Shown: piece by piece, positions 26,572 through 37,605 of the stretch
Position numbering within the stretch: position 1 is the stretch's first letter
Layout of the letters: the number at the start of each line of letters is the position of its first letter
From: a virus
Strand: one strand, 5' to 3'
Length of the DNA: 64,000 bases
IMG/VR virus record: IMGVR_UViG_3300047409_000574
Location: 62,256-126,255 of that record
Position numbers and translations under genes: made by a program
Notes under the pieces: model-generated
Told to the model about the DNA's origin: nothing
Databases searched by the model: none
What the model saw: only the letters and a program-made list of their open reading frames with translations

Positions 26572-27311
26572 TGTTCGACAAGAAGGCGTACATGCGTGAT
26601 TGGCGGGAGAAGAACAAGGAGCGCATCCGCGCCACACAGACGGCCTGGCGCAAGAATAACCCCGAGCGCGTGGCCGAGTATAGGCGTCGCGATCTGGAGC
26701 GAAACGCGGAGACCTATCGCCGCTATCGCGAGGAGCACGCGGAAGAACTGCGCGTACGTGCGCAGGCGAGATATGCGGCGAACGCCGATCGTCTACGCGC
26801 CGAGCGTCGCGCGTACTATCGTGAGCACAAGGACGCGAACCGGATTGCGCACGCGCTGTACGTCGCGGAGAATCGCGAGTGCGTGCAGGCGTACATGCGG
26901 GCTTGGCGTGTGACCGAGATCGGCCTCTTGTCGATCAGGAAGTCGCACTCTCGTCGCTCCGCGCGTGTCAACGGAGCCGCTGGTAGCTGGACTGTGGAGC
27001 AGTTCTACGCGCGCTGTGAGTTCTACGGTTGGCGCTGCTATCTCTGCGGCGATCCGCTTACTCTTAGCTCGTTGGTTGTTGAGCATCGGATTCCGCTCTC
27101 ACGCGGCGGAAGCAACTGGCCCGCGAATCTCGCACCATCGTGTCGGTCGTGCAACTCGCGCAAAGGGACGCTGACTGAGTTTGAATATCGCCTGCGACTG
27201 GTTGGCGTGGAGGTGACGCCGGGCGGTGGAACTGTTGAAGCGATCGACGTTCAGATCGCTCGGCTATGCAAGTTGCAAGACACGGCGATTCTTCTCGAAA
27301 GTCTGCGGTGA
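26571..27311 (+). CDS. HNH endonuclease with basic helical N-terminus
   Basis: CYLCG..VEHRIPLSRGGSNWPANLAPSCRSCNSRKG. Confidence 0.9.
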   Translation: MFDKKAYMRDWREKNKERIRATQTAWRKNNPERVAEYRRRDLERNAETYRRYREEHAEELRVRAQARYAANADRLRAERRAYYREHKDANRIAHALYVAENRECVQAYMRAWRVTEIGLLSIRKSHSRRSARVNGAAGSWTVEQFYARCEFYGWRCYLCGDPLTLSSLVVEHRIPLSRGGSNWPANLAPSCRSCNSRKGTLTEFEYRLRLVGVEVTPGGGTVEAIDVQIARLCKLQDTAILLESLR

Positions 27312-30293
27312 GGAATGGTCACTTGACGATCGGAGAGCAGGATTGGGAGCCGACGGAGGAGCGGCCGACCCGGCTGGTCGAGGTTGGCGATGGAGCGGCC
27401 CGGCGTTTCTACGTGGTGAGCGAGATCAGCGGGGAGGTTGCCAACGGGGCCGCCCAGATGATTGCCTTTCAGGCGGATGAGGAGTTGTGCCGGTTGAAGT
27501 GCAGGGAGGCCCGCCGGTCGATCGAGGAGGCGCTGTATGCGCGGGTGGTCGAGTGGAGAACCGAGACCGGGAGGGCCAAGGAGTGAGCTACTTGACGGCG
27601 CATAGGTACGGACTGACGCACGTGGAGCCGACCGACGAGGAACGGCAGAGCGGGTGGCGACAGGTCTGGGAGCATCCGTCAGGACTGAGAGCGATGCGGC
27701 ATCCGTCCACGGGTCGCTGGCATGTCTCGGACGGCTGGGCAATCGAGGACGGCTTCTGTAGCAGCCTGCGCGCGGCTGCGGCGAAGATCGAGCGCATGGT
27801 GGCGGCGCGGGACGCGGACGTTCATGCCTGACTACGCGCTGGTGGGTGATGAGTCCACGGGGAAGTGGACGGCGCATACGGCGACGTGTGAGGTTGCCCG
27901 GCAGGCAGCCGACGACGGGGTGCCGGTGATGACGCTGCTTGGTGCGAAGCCGTTGCCGCCCTACTTTCGGCTTGAGCGACACGAGTGCCTCAATGGCCGC
28001 TGAATACACGGTGGAGGAGGCGAACGTGCAGGCGGTCAAGGCCGCCCGCTACTTCGGGACGGTGCTGGCGCGCCACTCGCGGACGGTGATCGCGGTCGAG
28101 ATCGACGGGGTGACGATCGTGGTTGCGCGTGAGCCGGATGGTGGGAAGCTCGCGGCGGCGGTCGAGGGCGCGGCGGGGATTTTCGGGCCGGACTACAAGG
28201 TCAACCGGCTGACGCGCACGCAGGCGGAGACTGTGGTGCCGCCGGAGCCGAATCGCGGCGTCACAATGTCGGCTGCGCCGGACGAGCCTGTCGATGCAGG
28301 AGCCGGACGCGACGAGAACCTTGTTGCGCCTGCTGCGCCGGGCGAGCCTGTGCAGGTGGTGGTGTTGGTGCCGATGTATCACGTGCCGCCGCCGGAGCAC
28401 AATCAGAAGCCGGGGCATGTGCACCTGCACGTGCTCAACGATGCGAAGCTGGGCAGACGGTTCCGCAAGTCCGGTGAGTCCATCTGCTGGAAGAAGAAGG
28501 GCAGCAACCAGCGGTTGCCGGACGGCGAGACGACGATGTGCAAGGAGTGCGTGCGCGTCGCGGCCCAGAACAACCTGGAGTGGAAACTATGAGCGGGGAG
28601 GAACGCGTGGACAACGAGACGAAGCTGAACCTGCTGGCGAAGGAGATGGGCGACCGGTTCAACGAGGTGCTCCGTGAGCACGACGAGGAGGTGCACGAGG
28701 GGGAGCGCTGCGAGGACGAGCGGCTGAACATCCTCGCCTATCTGATCCACCGGATGGGCGCGCCGGGCGACGACCACTCGTGGATTCGCTTCTTCGGGCT
28801 GCTCAAGCTGCGGGTGGAGGACTACTCGGTGATGCACGTCGAGAACCACCGGCATGAGCACGACCACAACGGGGACGGGCCGCATGGCTAACGACGACGC
28901 GAAGGACAACTACGACCGGGAGATGCAGCAGGTCGAGCATCTGCTGTCGAGCGCGATGACGTGGCTGGCGATCTGGTGTCCGCACGGGATGGACTCGGCA
29001 AGGGTCAGCGACTACTACGAGGCGGCGGCGTTGCGCGCACGGATCGAGCGGGCACGGGAGGCGCTGGCAGGCAAGGCGGGCGACGCGACCGAGGTGGCGC
29101 TCGGGAAGCTCCAGACGATGTTGCAGGAGGTGCCGAGAATTGACGCGGCGACGATCGCTGAGAACGCCATCGGCCTGTTCCTGGAGGATATGGAGCGAGG
29201 CCACTGGGTGGTGAGGGAGCCGCCGTACGACATTCTTCGCCTGGGGCAGCTACCGGGTGCGCTTGTGCGGGCGGCGCGCGCGTCGGCGGTCGCGGAGATC
29301 GTGCAGGGTGTCGAAGCCGATACGCCTGACGCACCGGGCCTGGTCGAGTTCGTGCGGTCGAACGCGGAGCAGGGCGGCTCGCTCACTCCCGAGGATGTTG
29401 AGGCGGCCACGTCGGGTGCTGAGTGTCGTCGGCTGCGCGGCCCGTTCCAAATCGGCCCGACGTGTACGTGTGCGCCGGAGACGTGCGCGCTCGATGTGCC
29501 GGAGCATCTGGAGCCGACACCGGAGAACACGGGGGTGCGGTCGCTGCGTGAGCAGGCCCATTCGATGGGCGAGGCGCTGGCGGCGCTCTGGCATGCGGGG
29601 GCGCGCACCGGGTCGCTCCCGAGCGCGAAGCTCCACGAATACATGGGGCTGACCTGGGAGGAGTATCAGGGATTCGTGCAACTCTCGGGGCCGTGGTCGG
29701 ACAAGCCCGTGCCGGGCGGTGCGGGAAGCTGGCGGACTGGGCGTAAGGTCGGGAGGACTATTTACCGGCAGGTTGGCATGCAGCCGACCGACGACGATCC
29801 GCTGATCGGTGTGATGGACACCCGCGAGCTTGCCCAGCACGCGGTGGATAGTCGGAACGAGCATCAGCGTGACCTTGACTTCTTCGCTGACAACGCGGAT
29901 GACTACTTCCGCATGTTGAACGAGTTGCGGGCGGCGGCGACCGAGTACCGGCGGATGGTCGAGTCGCGCCCGGCGGCGAACGAGGCCGAGCACGAGGAGC
30001 GGGAGGCGTCGATGGAGGAGGCGACCGCGGCGCTCGACAAGGCGCTGACGTGGAAGCCGACCGCCGACGACATGGGGCTGCTGGGGATCGCGCATGCGGG
30101 GCTGCTGCGCGCGCTCGACTTTCGGGCTGCGACGCCGGAGGCGCTGGCGATCAAGCTCGACGTGCGGGTGGCGCTGCGCCGGTCGGGGTTCACCGGGCCG
30201 ATGGGCGAGCAGGGTGACGGGGCCGGTCGTTCGGGGATGGTCGAGGACAGCCACCGTCCGGCTGGGCCGATGATGTGGAGAGACGGAACGTGA
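27308..30293 (+). other. Hypothetical genes (27308-27586, 27583-27831, 27824-28003, 27993-28592, 28589-28891, 28884-30293)
   Basis: Coupled ORFs. The last (469 aa) looks mosaic and contains WRTGRKVGRTIY..LIGVMDT. Confidence 0.6.
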
Positions 30294-30832
30294 CCGGTCG
30301 GGCGTGGACGATTCACGTTCACGAGGACGACCCGCAATACCTCTCGATCAACAACGGCGGCAACGACACGCTGCTCAGAACGAGCGGCGGCTCGGGAGAC
30401 AACGAGCGGGCCGCTCAGTTCGCTGCGTGGGTTGCTGCGCTGGCCGGGGCGGGCGCACCCGGACGGCAGGACGACACTTGCGACGAGTGCGCGGCGGTAA
30501 ACGTCGGGCCGTGCCCGCACGCGAAGAAGGCCGAGGCTGGGTGTGTGCGTCTGCGCGAGCGGCTCGGTGATCTGGAAGCAGCCGACGAAACGGCTGCGAT
30601 GAACGCCGCCAATCTTGTGAAGGCCGATAGCGAACTTGCTCGTTTGCGCGAGCGGCTGGCGCTGGCGACGGAAGCGCTCGAACAGGCAGACAAGCAGACC
30701 TCCGCGCTCCACGACACGCTCTATGCGCAGGTGTCAGACCCGGCGGTACGCGACGCGCTCAACGGCGAAGTCTGGACACTCCACGGCATCGCCCGTGGCG
30801 CGCTGGCACGGCTGGGGCAGGAGACAACGTGA
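30290..30832 (+). CDS. Mosaic hypothetical protein, paralog A
   Basis: Shares AGAGAPGRQD, CVRLRERL, ATEALEQ and HGIAR blocks with 31367-32527. Confidence 0.65.
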   Translation: MTGRAWTIHVHEDDPQYLSINNGGNDTLLRTSGGSGDNERAAQFAAWVAALAGAGAPGRQDDTCDECAAVNVGPCPHAKKAEAGCVRLRERLGDLEAADETAAMNAANLVKADSELARLRERLALATEALEQADKQTSALHDTLYAQVSDPAVRDALNGEVWTLHGIARGALARLGQETT

Positions 30833-31025
30833 CCTGCGTCACCGTTCGCAAATCAACCCCGGCCTGCTGCCGCCGCTCGCTGTTCGATTTCGCGAAGCAG
30901 GATCGCTACGACGGCGGGGGCGAACCGGGCGACCGTATCCGCTGCTCCGAGTGCGGAAACTGGCTGGTCTACAAACCGCCCGGCTGGGAAGTGGACGAGG
31001 CCCTCCCGCATGTGGTGATCGCGTC

Positions 31026-31370
31026 GTGACCGCCCGGGACGCGGGAGCAGGCCGCACGGTGAAGGTTCTCGTGGCCGAGCGTGAAGTCCTTGACGCACTC
31101 GCGAGTGGGCCGAAGTCATCGCGCGAGATCAGTGAGATCACCGTCCACGCGGCCCGTAAAGCGTGGGCCGACGAGAACGGCGTCGACTACGACCCCAACA
31201 ACCCGGCACCGTTCGTGAAGCTGCTCGGATGGCACACGGCGAGCGAGCGCGGACTCTCGCCGATGCACGCATGGGAGGTCTATGCGGTCGCTCGGCGGTT
31301 GGAGAAGCGCGGCGAGATTGTCCGTGTGCAGATCGACGGGCGTCGCCCGATGCTCTGGAGGCTGGCGTGA
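31026..31370 (+). CDS. Winged-helix-like hypothetical protein
   Basis: EVLDALASGPKSSREI..ARRLEKRGEIVR pattern. Confidence 0.55.
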   Translation: MTARDAGAGRTVKVLVAEREVLDALASGPKSSREISEITVHAARKAWADENGVDYDPNNPAPFVKLLGWHTASERGLSPMHAWEVYAVARRLEKRGEIVRVQIDGRRPMLWRLA

Positions 31371-32527
31371 CCGCCCGGGACGCCGACAAGACAGCGCAGG
31401 AGGCGTTGGCGGCGCTCGCGGAGTGCCCGCCCGGTGGCCCGTGGTGGTACGACGGCCGCGACATCTTCCACAACCCCGAAGGCTTCGCGGGCAGACAGCA
31501 TCTCGTCGTCCCGCTCCCCGAGACGTGGCATGAGTCGCAGCGCGTCCCTGACGCTGTTGCGCGTCTGATCGTCGCAGCCGTCAATCACTTCATTGCGCTG
31601 GCCGCCGGGGCGGGCGCACCCGGACGGCAGGATGGCGAGCGGGACGAGCTAGACAAGTTGCTGGATGCCTACCACGCACTCCTTCACACACCGGAGGCAG
31701 AGGGCTATCAGGCGTGGTCGCTCGCGGAGAGGGCGCTAAACCTATGCGTGCGTCTGCGCGAGCGGCTGGCCCTGCACGAACGCGACCACGGCATCGGCAA
31801 GTGCGTCCCGTCAGACGTGTTCAACGCGAAGGTCAACGAGTGGATCGCGCTCAAGGACGATGAGCAGAAGGGACGGCGAACAGCCGAGTCCAAGCTGGCC
31901 GTGGCGACGGAAGCGCTCGAACAGATCAAATCCCTCGAACGGAAGCACGGCCTAGAGGCAGCACACGGGATCGCCCGTGACACGCTGGCACGGGCTGCGG
32001 GAGACGGGCGAATGAGTGATCCTGCTGAACTGATCGCTGCGGCCATCGAGCGGCTCCGACCGGCGATCGAGGCGCGGCTGCACGCCTACTGCGACGAGCA
32101 CGACTGGGAGAAGCTCCGTGAGTGGGAGATGGCCGGGATCGCTACCGAGGAAGCAGCCGTCGAGCTTGTCCAACTGGCCCGTGCGCTTGTGGCCGTGTCG
32201 GCGGACGACTGTGAGCACGAGTGGGTGGACATGCGCAACGAAGTCGTCGAGTCCGGTGAGTGGTGCCGCAAGTGCAACACGATTCGCGCCGGTTTGATTG
32301 AGGGCGGGGGAAAAGGAGGTGGCCCATCTTCCTCCGAAGAAGAAGTGTCGTCTACTCAAACCGCCGCCCTCAATGAGACCGCCGCCAGCATGGGCTGCGG
32401 GTGCCGTCCGGGAAGCCACGACGACACGCTCGGCGAGATCGTCAAGCACCATCCCGGCTACAACCCGTGGACGATCCGCCAGCGTATGCTCGCCGCCAAA
32501 CCAGATGCGGAAAAGGGGCCGAACTGA
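31367..32527 (+). CDS. Mosaic hypothetical protein, paralog B
   Basis: Same four blocks as 30290-30832, with unrelated intervening segments. Confidence 0.65.
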   Translation: MTARDADKTAQEALAALAECPPGGPWWYDGRDIFHNPEGFAGRQHLVVPLPETWHESQRVPDAVARLIVAAVNHFIALAAGAGAPGRQDGERDELDKLLDAYHALLHTPEAEGYQAWSLAERALNLCVRLRERLALHERDHGIGKCVPSDVFNAKVNEWIALKDDEQKGRRTAESKLAVATEALEQIKSLERKHGLEAAHGIARDTLARAAGDGRMSDPAELIAAAIERLRPAIEARLHAYCDEHDWEKLREWEMAGIATEEAAVELVQLARALVAVSADDCEHEWVDMRNEVVESGEWCRKCNTIRAGLIEGGGKGGGPSSSEEEVSSTQTAALNETAASMGCGCRPGSHDDTLGEIVKHHPGYNPWTIRQRMLAAKPDAEKGPN

Positions 32528-33878
32528 TGAGCGTGCCGGTAGATGAGGTTCGTGAGGCGCGACGGGAGGCGTGGCGGAAGTTCTATGCGTCCGACTGGCT
32601 GGTGCCCGACCCCGAGTTCTACGGCCGCCGGGCCGGGCTGATCCTCCAGACCGAGGACGGCCTGGTGCTTGACGGGCCGCCGGAGTGGCCGGACGGGTTC
32701 ACACCCGGCTACTACGACACGTTCGAGACCGGCGCGCTGCTGACCGGTACGGCGACGCTGCGCCCGCTGCGCCGGTGGGACTGGTGGCGGCTGACTACGC
32801 TGGTCTGCGTGCTGTTCATCCTGGCGTACACGGTTTACTTCGCCTGGGTGGTGTTCACGTCGTGACCCTCGTGCTGTTCGTCTGGGCGATCTGGACGGCG
32901 GCGATCGGCGTGGCCGCGGTTGCTTACCGGGCGCGGGCGCTCAAGGCGGAGAGGCTGCTCGACGTGGCCGACGAGGCGATGGTTGAGATGCGGGAGGAGA
33001 TCGCGACCGCGAAGCTGGTGCTCGCGGCGGAGCGTAGGAAGCTGCGCCGGTGAGCGGGCGCGCCGAGTTCAAGCTTGCGCTGCGCGAGGCCGAGAACACG
33101 CTGCCTCATTCGGTGTGGCTGCGTGCGATAGCTCTCGGGCTGGACGTGCTGATCGACACGCTGGTGCCTGCCTGCGATTGTCCGCCGGGGGCGAAGTTCC
33201 ATGCGAACAACTGCCCGGAGTTCCCCGGCATCGAGCGCCGCCAGGAGAAGTTTCGGTGATCCAGTTCCCGCCGACTCGTGAGCGGAAGGTGACTGCTGCC
33301 TGCGGCTGCGTGCTGTTCGAGGTGGTCGAGTGGGGCGTCAGCCATGCGGGTGATCTGGTGAGTGGTCTCGCGCGCGGGGTGCGCCCGTGTCAAGCTGACG
33401 GGCATATGGAGGCGATGCGGGAGGCGGCGGCCGACGGCGGCCCGATGGACGAGATCGTGGAGCGGTTCGAGCGGGCGACCGCCTGAGTTGGGGTGTGCTT
33501 CGTTGATCGTGGGGATCATCGCGTCGGTCTGGTCGCTTCGGGAGTTCGCGAACGAAGGGGCGACCCGGAAGGCGGTGGCGTTGGCGGTGTTCGGGCTGGT
33601 GGCGTTCGCGTTGTCGCTGGCGGCGCTGTATGTCGATCGCAGGTGGCCGGAGGAGGAAGATGATGACGACGGACGAGAGTGATCTGCTTGGCGAACTGAT
33701 CGAACGGCTGGGCGAGGTCGGCGTGAAGATCACGCGTGGGCACTTCGTTCGCCGGGACGGGTCGCGGTCGAACTTCTATATCGAGGTGTCGCACGCGTCG
33801 CTCGTGGACGCGGAGCGGGCGTACCAGGCGCGTGTCGATAAAGGCGACGCGCCGATCGTCGGGGCTGCTGGTGAGTGA
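32527..33878 (+). other. Small hypothetical and membrane genes (32527-32865, 32862-33053, 33050-33259, 33256-33486, about 33660-33878)
   Basis: Coupled ORFs, several with hydrophobic segments. Confidence 0.5.
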
Positions 33879-34641
33879 GGCTCGGAACGACCTGGCGTGG
33901 TGGTTCCCGAAGATCGAACGGGCGGGCCTGCCGGTGCCGCGCACCGAGATCGTGCAGACTGATCTCGACCTGTCTCTGCTGCTCGACGGGAAGCTGCCGG
34001 GGCATGGGGATGCGTTCACCGACTTCCTGGCCGACCTGCTGGCGGCGGCCGACCAGGTGCGCCACGGACACGACCCGTTCTTCTTGCGCACCGGGCACGG
34101 CTCGGCGAAGCACGAGTGGCGGGAGACCTGCTACGTGCAGGGCGGCCACATCGGCGATCACGTGATGCGGCTGGTCGAGTGGTCGCACATGGTGGACGTG
34201 ATGGGCCTGCCGCATTCGACGTGGGCGGTGCGGGCGCTGATCCCGACGCGGACACTGTTTACGGTGGAGGAGTGGCGGGGCTTCCCGGTGACCCGCGAGT
34301 TCCGAGTGTTCGCGAGCGGGCTGGGGCCGGACGAGCCGGAGCCGACGTGCACGTTCCATCCGTACTGGCCCGAGTCCGCGTTCCCGGCGCTCGACGATGT
34401 TCAGCGGGCGCAGGTTCAGGCGATGGGGAAGCTCACGTGGGAGGAGTCGGAGGTGTTGACCATGCTGGCGGCGCGGGCGACGTACGCGGTCGGCGGCGGC
34501 TACTGGTCGATCGACTTCCTGGAGGACGTGGACGGCAAGTTCTGGCTGACCGACATGGCCGACGGCGAGCGGTCGTTCAAGAACCCGGTCGAGGCCGTGC
34601 CGGTCGTGCATGGTCGAAGCTTTAAACCTTTCAATGGCTGA
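33871..34641 (+). CDS. ATP-grasp family protein
   Basis: LPVPRT, FFLRTGHGSAKH, TREFRVF and WSIDFL..FWLTDMA are typical ATP-grasp strands. Confidence 0.7.
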   Translation: MSEARNDLAWWFPKIERAGLPVPRTEIVQTDLDLSLLLDGKLPGHGDAFTDFLADLLAAADQVRHGHDPFFLRTGHGSAKHEWRETCYVQGGHIGDHVMRLVEWSHMVDVMGLPHSTWAVRALIPTRTLFTVEEWRGFPVTREFRVFASGLGPDEPEPTCTFHPYWPESAFPALDDVQRAQVQAMGKLTWEESEVLTMLAARATYAVGGGYWSIDFLEDVDGKFWLTDMADGERSFKNPVEAVPVVHGRSFKPFNG

Positions 34642-34940
34642 GTGGTTCTGCTCGACGTGCGCACGCTGGGTAAACGGGCCTTGCTGTCCCGGCTGTCTCA
34701 GGTTCGAGCCGGGTGCGTCGAGGTGGATGACGGAGGCGGAGATGCGGGCGGCTCGCGCGAAGGTGAACCGGCCGTGACCGTGTCCTTCGCTTGCGCGAAC
34801 TGCGGCGGGCCGTGGGCGGTTCACTGTGAGGCGCATGTGATTCCGTGCTGTCCCGGCAAGTGTCCGGCGGATCGTCCGGGGCCAGCCCGGCGGTTCAATG
34901 TTCGCTCGCGGCGGGTGGCGTCCCGGAAGCCGAGACGGCG

Positions 34941-37144
34941 GTGAGCGAGAAGCCGCGCCCGGCGAAGATCATGTTGCCGCCGGAGGAGCCGCCGGTCGGC
35001 CGGGTGCGCACGGCAGCCGAGCGGCTCATCACGAGCTTGTGGGTGGTGGCGCTCTGGGCGGCGGGCTTCGTGTTTGTGTGCTGGGCGGTGCGGCTGGCGT
35101 TCGGCCGGGGCGAGGCGTATTCGTTCGCGAGGGTGCTGCTGCCGATCTACGCGTTCCTCTGTTCCTGGTCGGTGGTCGGGGTGTGGAAGGTGGAGCGATG
35201 GTGAGCCAGCCGCCGGTCGAGCTTCCGAAGTGCGGGGTGGTGATCCCTGGCGTCGGCCGGTGCGAGCTTCTCGCCGACGGCCATAAGGTTCATCGGGTTG
35301 GCGCGGTCACCTGGAACGGCCCGAGCAAGCGGTGATTGCTGGTAGAGTCGGCTGACCGACCAGGGGAGGTGCGCGTGGAGAAGTGGGTGGTGTTGCGGCT
35401 GGTGCTCGGCGAGCAGCAGGCGGAGCGGGAGTTGTTCGACCGGGCTGGCACGTTCGAGGCTGGGTCGCCGCTGGAGGCGGTGCAGTTGGCGGCGAAGCAG
35501 CTTGGTGTCGGCGGGGTGTATGTGCCGGTCTTGCTCGACGACTGGATTCTGTTCGAGGCGGAGGCGGAGATCACCGTCAGGCCGGTGCGCCGGAAGGCGG
35601 AGGTCGAGGCTGACTCGATGCCGGTTGCGGGCAGCGGGCTTGATGCGACCGGCGACCCGGCGCTTGACGAGGAGCTTGCCGAGATGGAGAGGCCGCGCTC
35701 GTGACGATCACGGCTGCGAAGGTCAGGACGTTGTACGTCTACCGGCTGGTGGTGACTTTGCCGGAGGGGAGCGATGAGCCGGGCTGGCGGCCGGAGGAGT
35801 ACGACGACCAATACAGCCGCTACCAGGACGATGACGAGACGCAGTTTCGTTGGCCGCGCCGCCGGTTGTATCTGAGTTCGGAGGCTGCGCACGCGCGCGC
35901 CAACCTGTTGCGGCGGTGGGGGGCGGATGTGAAGGTCGAGCGGAGTGAGCCGGTGACCTGGGATGCCTAAGCGCCCGCGTCCGAAGCCGAAGGGGAAGCA
36001 GACTGCGGGTGCGGCGGTGGGCATGTGTGTGCACCGGGTGGCGCTTACGTCGTACTGCTCGCGGTGTGGCGCGTGAGCGAGACGACCCGGCGCACGGTGA
36101 TCGACTACATCGCGCGCGACGCGGATCAGGAGCCGTCGAAGGTGTGGCTGAACGCGCGCGACGAGGAGACGTTCGAGGGGAAGCCGCGCGTCGAGGTGAT
36201 GGTACGGTTCCCGTTCGGCGATGTGTCGGCGGCCGAGTGCACTTCGTTGCGCCGGGCGCGCGGGGTCGGCATCGCGCTGGCGGAGTCGTGTGGCTGCGAG
36301 TTCGACGACACGGTGACCGGTGGCTGAGACCTACAAGCCGCATCGTTGCTTCCCGCCACGTGTGTTCTGCGGGCGGAAGCTCTGGCGGCATTGGGGCAAG
36401 CGGCTCGCGGGCTGGTGCTGCGAGGGTTGCCCGTGATCGTGGTCGAGGACGACCTTGCCCGGCGGCTGATCGAGATTGGCGAGTCGGTCAGCATCTTCTA
36501 CGAGCCGCGCAACGAGGGTGAGGAGTGGACGGTGGGCTTGGAGAGGGAGCCGATGATGCACGGGCATTTCAGGTCGCTGATCGAGGGACTCGACTGGCTC
36601 GTGAAGTGCAAGCCGGAGTTTCCGTGACGGTCGAGGCTGCCGTCCTGGAGGAGTTGCTGTACGACCTGCGCGAGCTTGCCGACTCGCCGGTCTCGTTCGG
36701 GCAGGAGACGCACGGTGAGCTACACGAGGAGGCGCTCAAGGTTGTGACTGCGCAGGTCGAGGAGATCAAGAGGTTGCGCGCGACGTTGGAGGAGATCCAC
36801 GGGGTTCCGTACGGGCACTTCGAGAAGAAGGGTGCGTACGCGGCGTTCATCCGGGATCTGGCGGCGGCCGGACTGGAACGGCAGACATGAGGTTCGTGTA
36901 CGTGGGCTGCGGGATCGTGGTTGTGCTCGGGCTGTACGCCGCTTATCGGTTGCTCGCGGGCGAGGTTCAGGTGACGCCGCTGGAGCAGGAAGCTCGCGCA
37001 TACACCGGACGGGAGGAGATGGTCGAGTGTCCGGGCGGGTGCGGTCTGCGGCTGCCGGAGAGCGACGGCTGGGCGCAGAAGGCGCACATGGAGGCTAAGC
37101 ACCCGGAAATCATTGCGGAGCGGCTGCGGGCGGCTGGTCTGTGA
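34941..37144 (+). other. Cluster of small hypothetical genes (for example 34941-35204 membrane, 35336-35704, 35701-35970, 36887-37144)
   Basis: Coupled + strand ORFs with high GC3; several starts uncertain. Confidence 0.5.
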
Positions 37145-37605
37145 GGACGCCGGGCCAGATGCTCCGCGAGTGGCACGAGCATCACGGCGTGCCGGTGGGG
37201 GAGGAGCCTGCCGTGCCCGCGGAGGCGCGTGTGCGGCTGCGCCACCGGCTGCTGGAGGAGGAGGCGATAGAGGCGCTGGAGTTGCTCTCCTTGATGGCAG
37301 ACGGCATTACAGTCGATCTGGCGGCGCTCGCGAAGGAGCTATGCGATGTGGTGGTGGTTGCGTACGGCTGCGCGCTGGAGTTCGGCCTGGATTTGGATGC
37401 GGCGATGGTGGCGGTGCACCGGTCGAACATGGTGAAGAACGGCGGGGTGCGGGAGGACGGGAAGATTCTCAAGGGGCCGGGCTACCGCGCGCCGACACCG
37501 GAGGAGCTTGTCGTGTCGCTCCGGCCGGTTCATCGCCACGTTGGGTCGGAGGCGGAGACGGCCGAGCGGGTGCCGTGGCCGACCCGTCCGGGGGTGCTCG
37601 GGTGA
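37141..37605 (+). CDS. MazG-like (all-alpha) nucleotide pyrophosphohydrolase
   Basis: LLEEEAIE..AKELCDVVVVAYG..VHRSNM..REDGKILKGPGY. Confidence 0.88.
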   Translation: MRTPGQMLREWHEHHGVPVGEEPAVPAEARVRLRHRLLEEEAIEALELLSLMADGITVDLAALAKELCDVVVVAYGCALEFGLDLDAAMVAVHRSNMVKNGGVREDGKILKGPGYRAPTPEELVVSLRPVHRHVGSEAETAERVPWPTRPGVLG

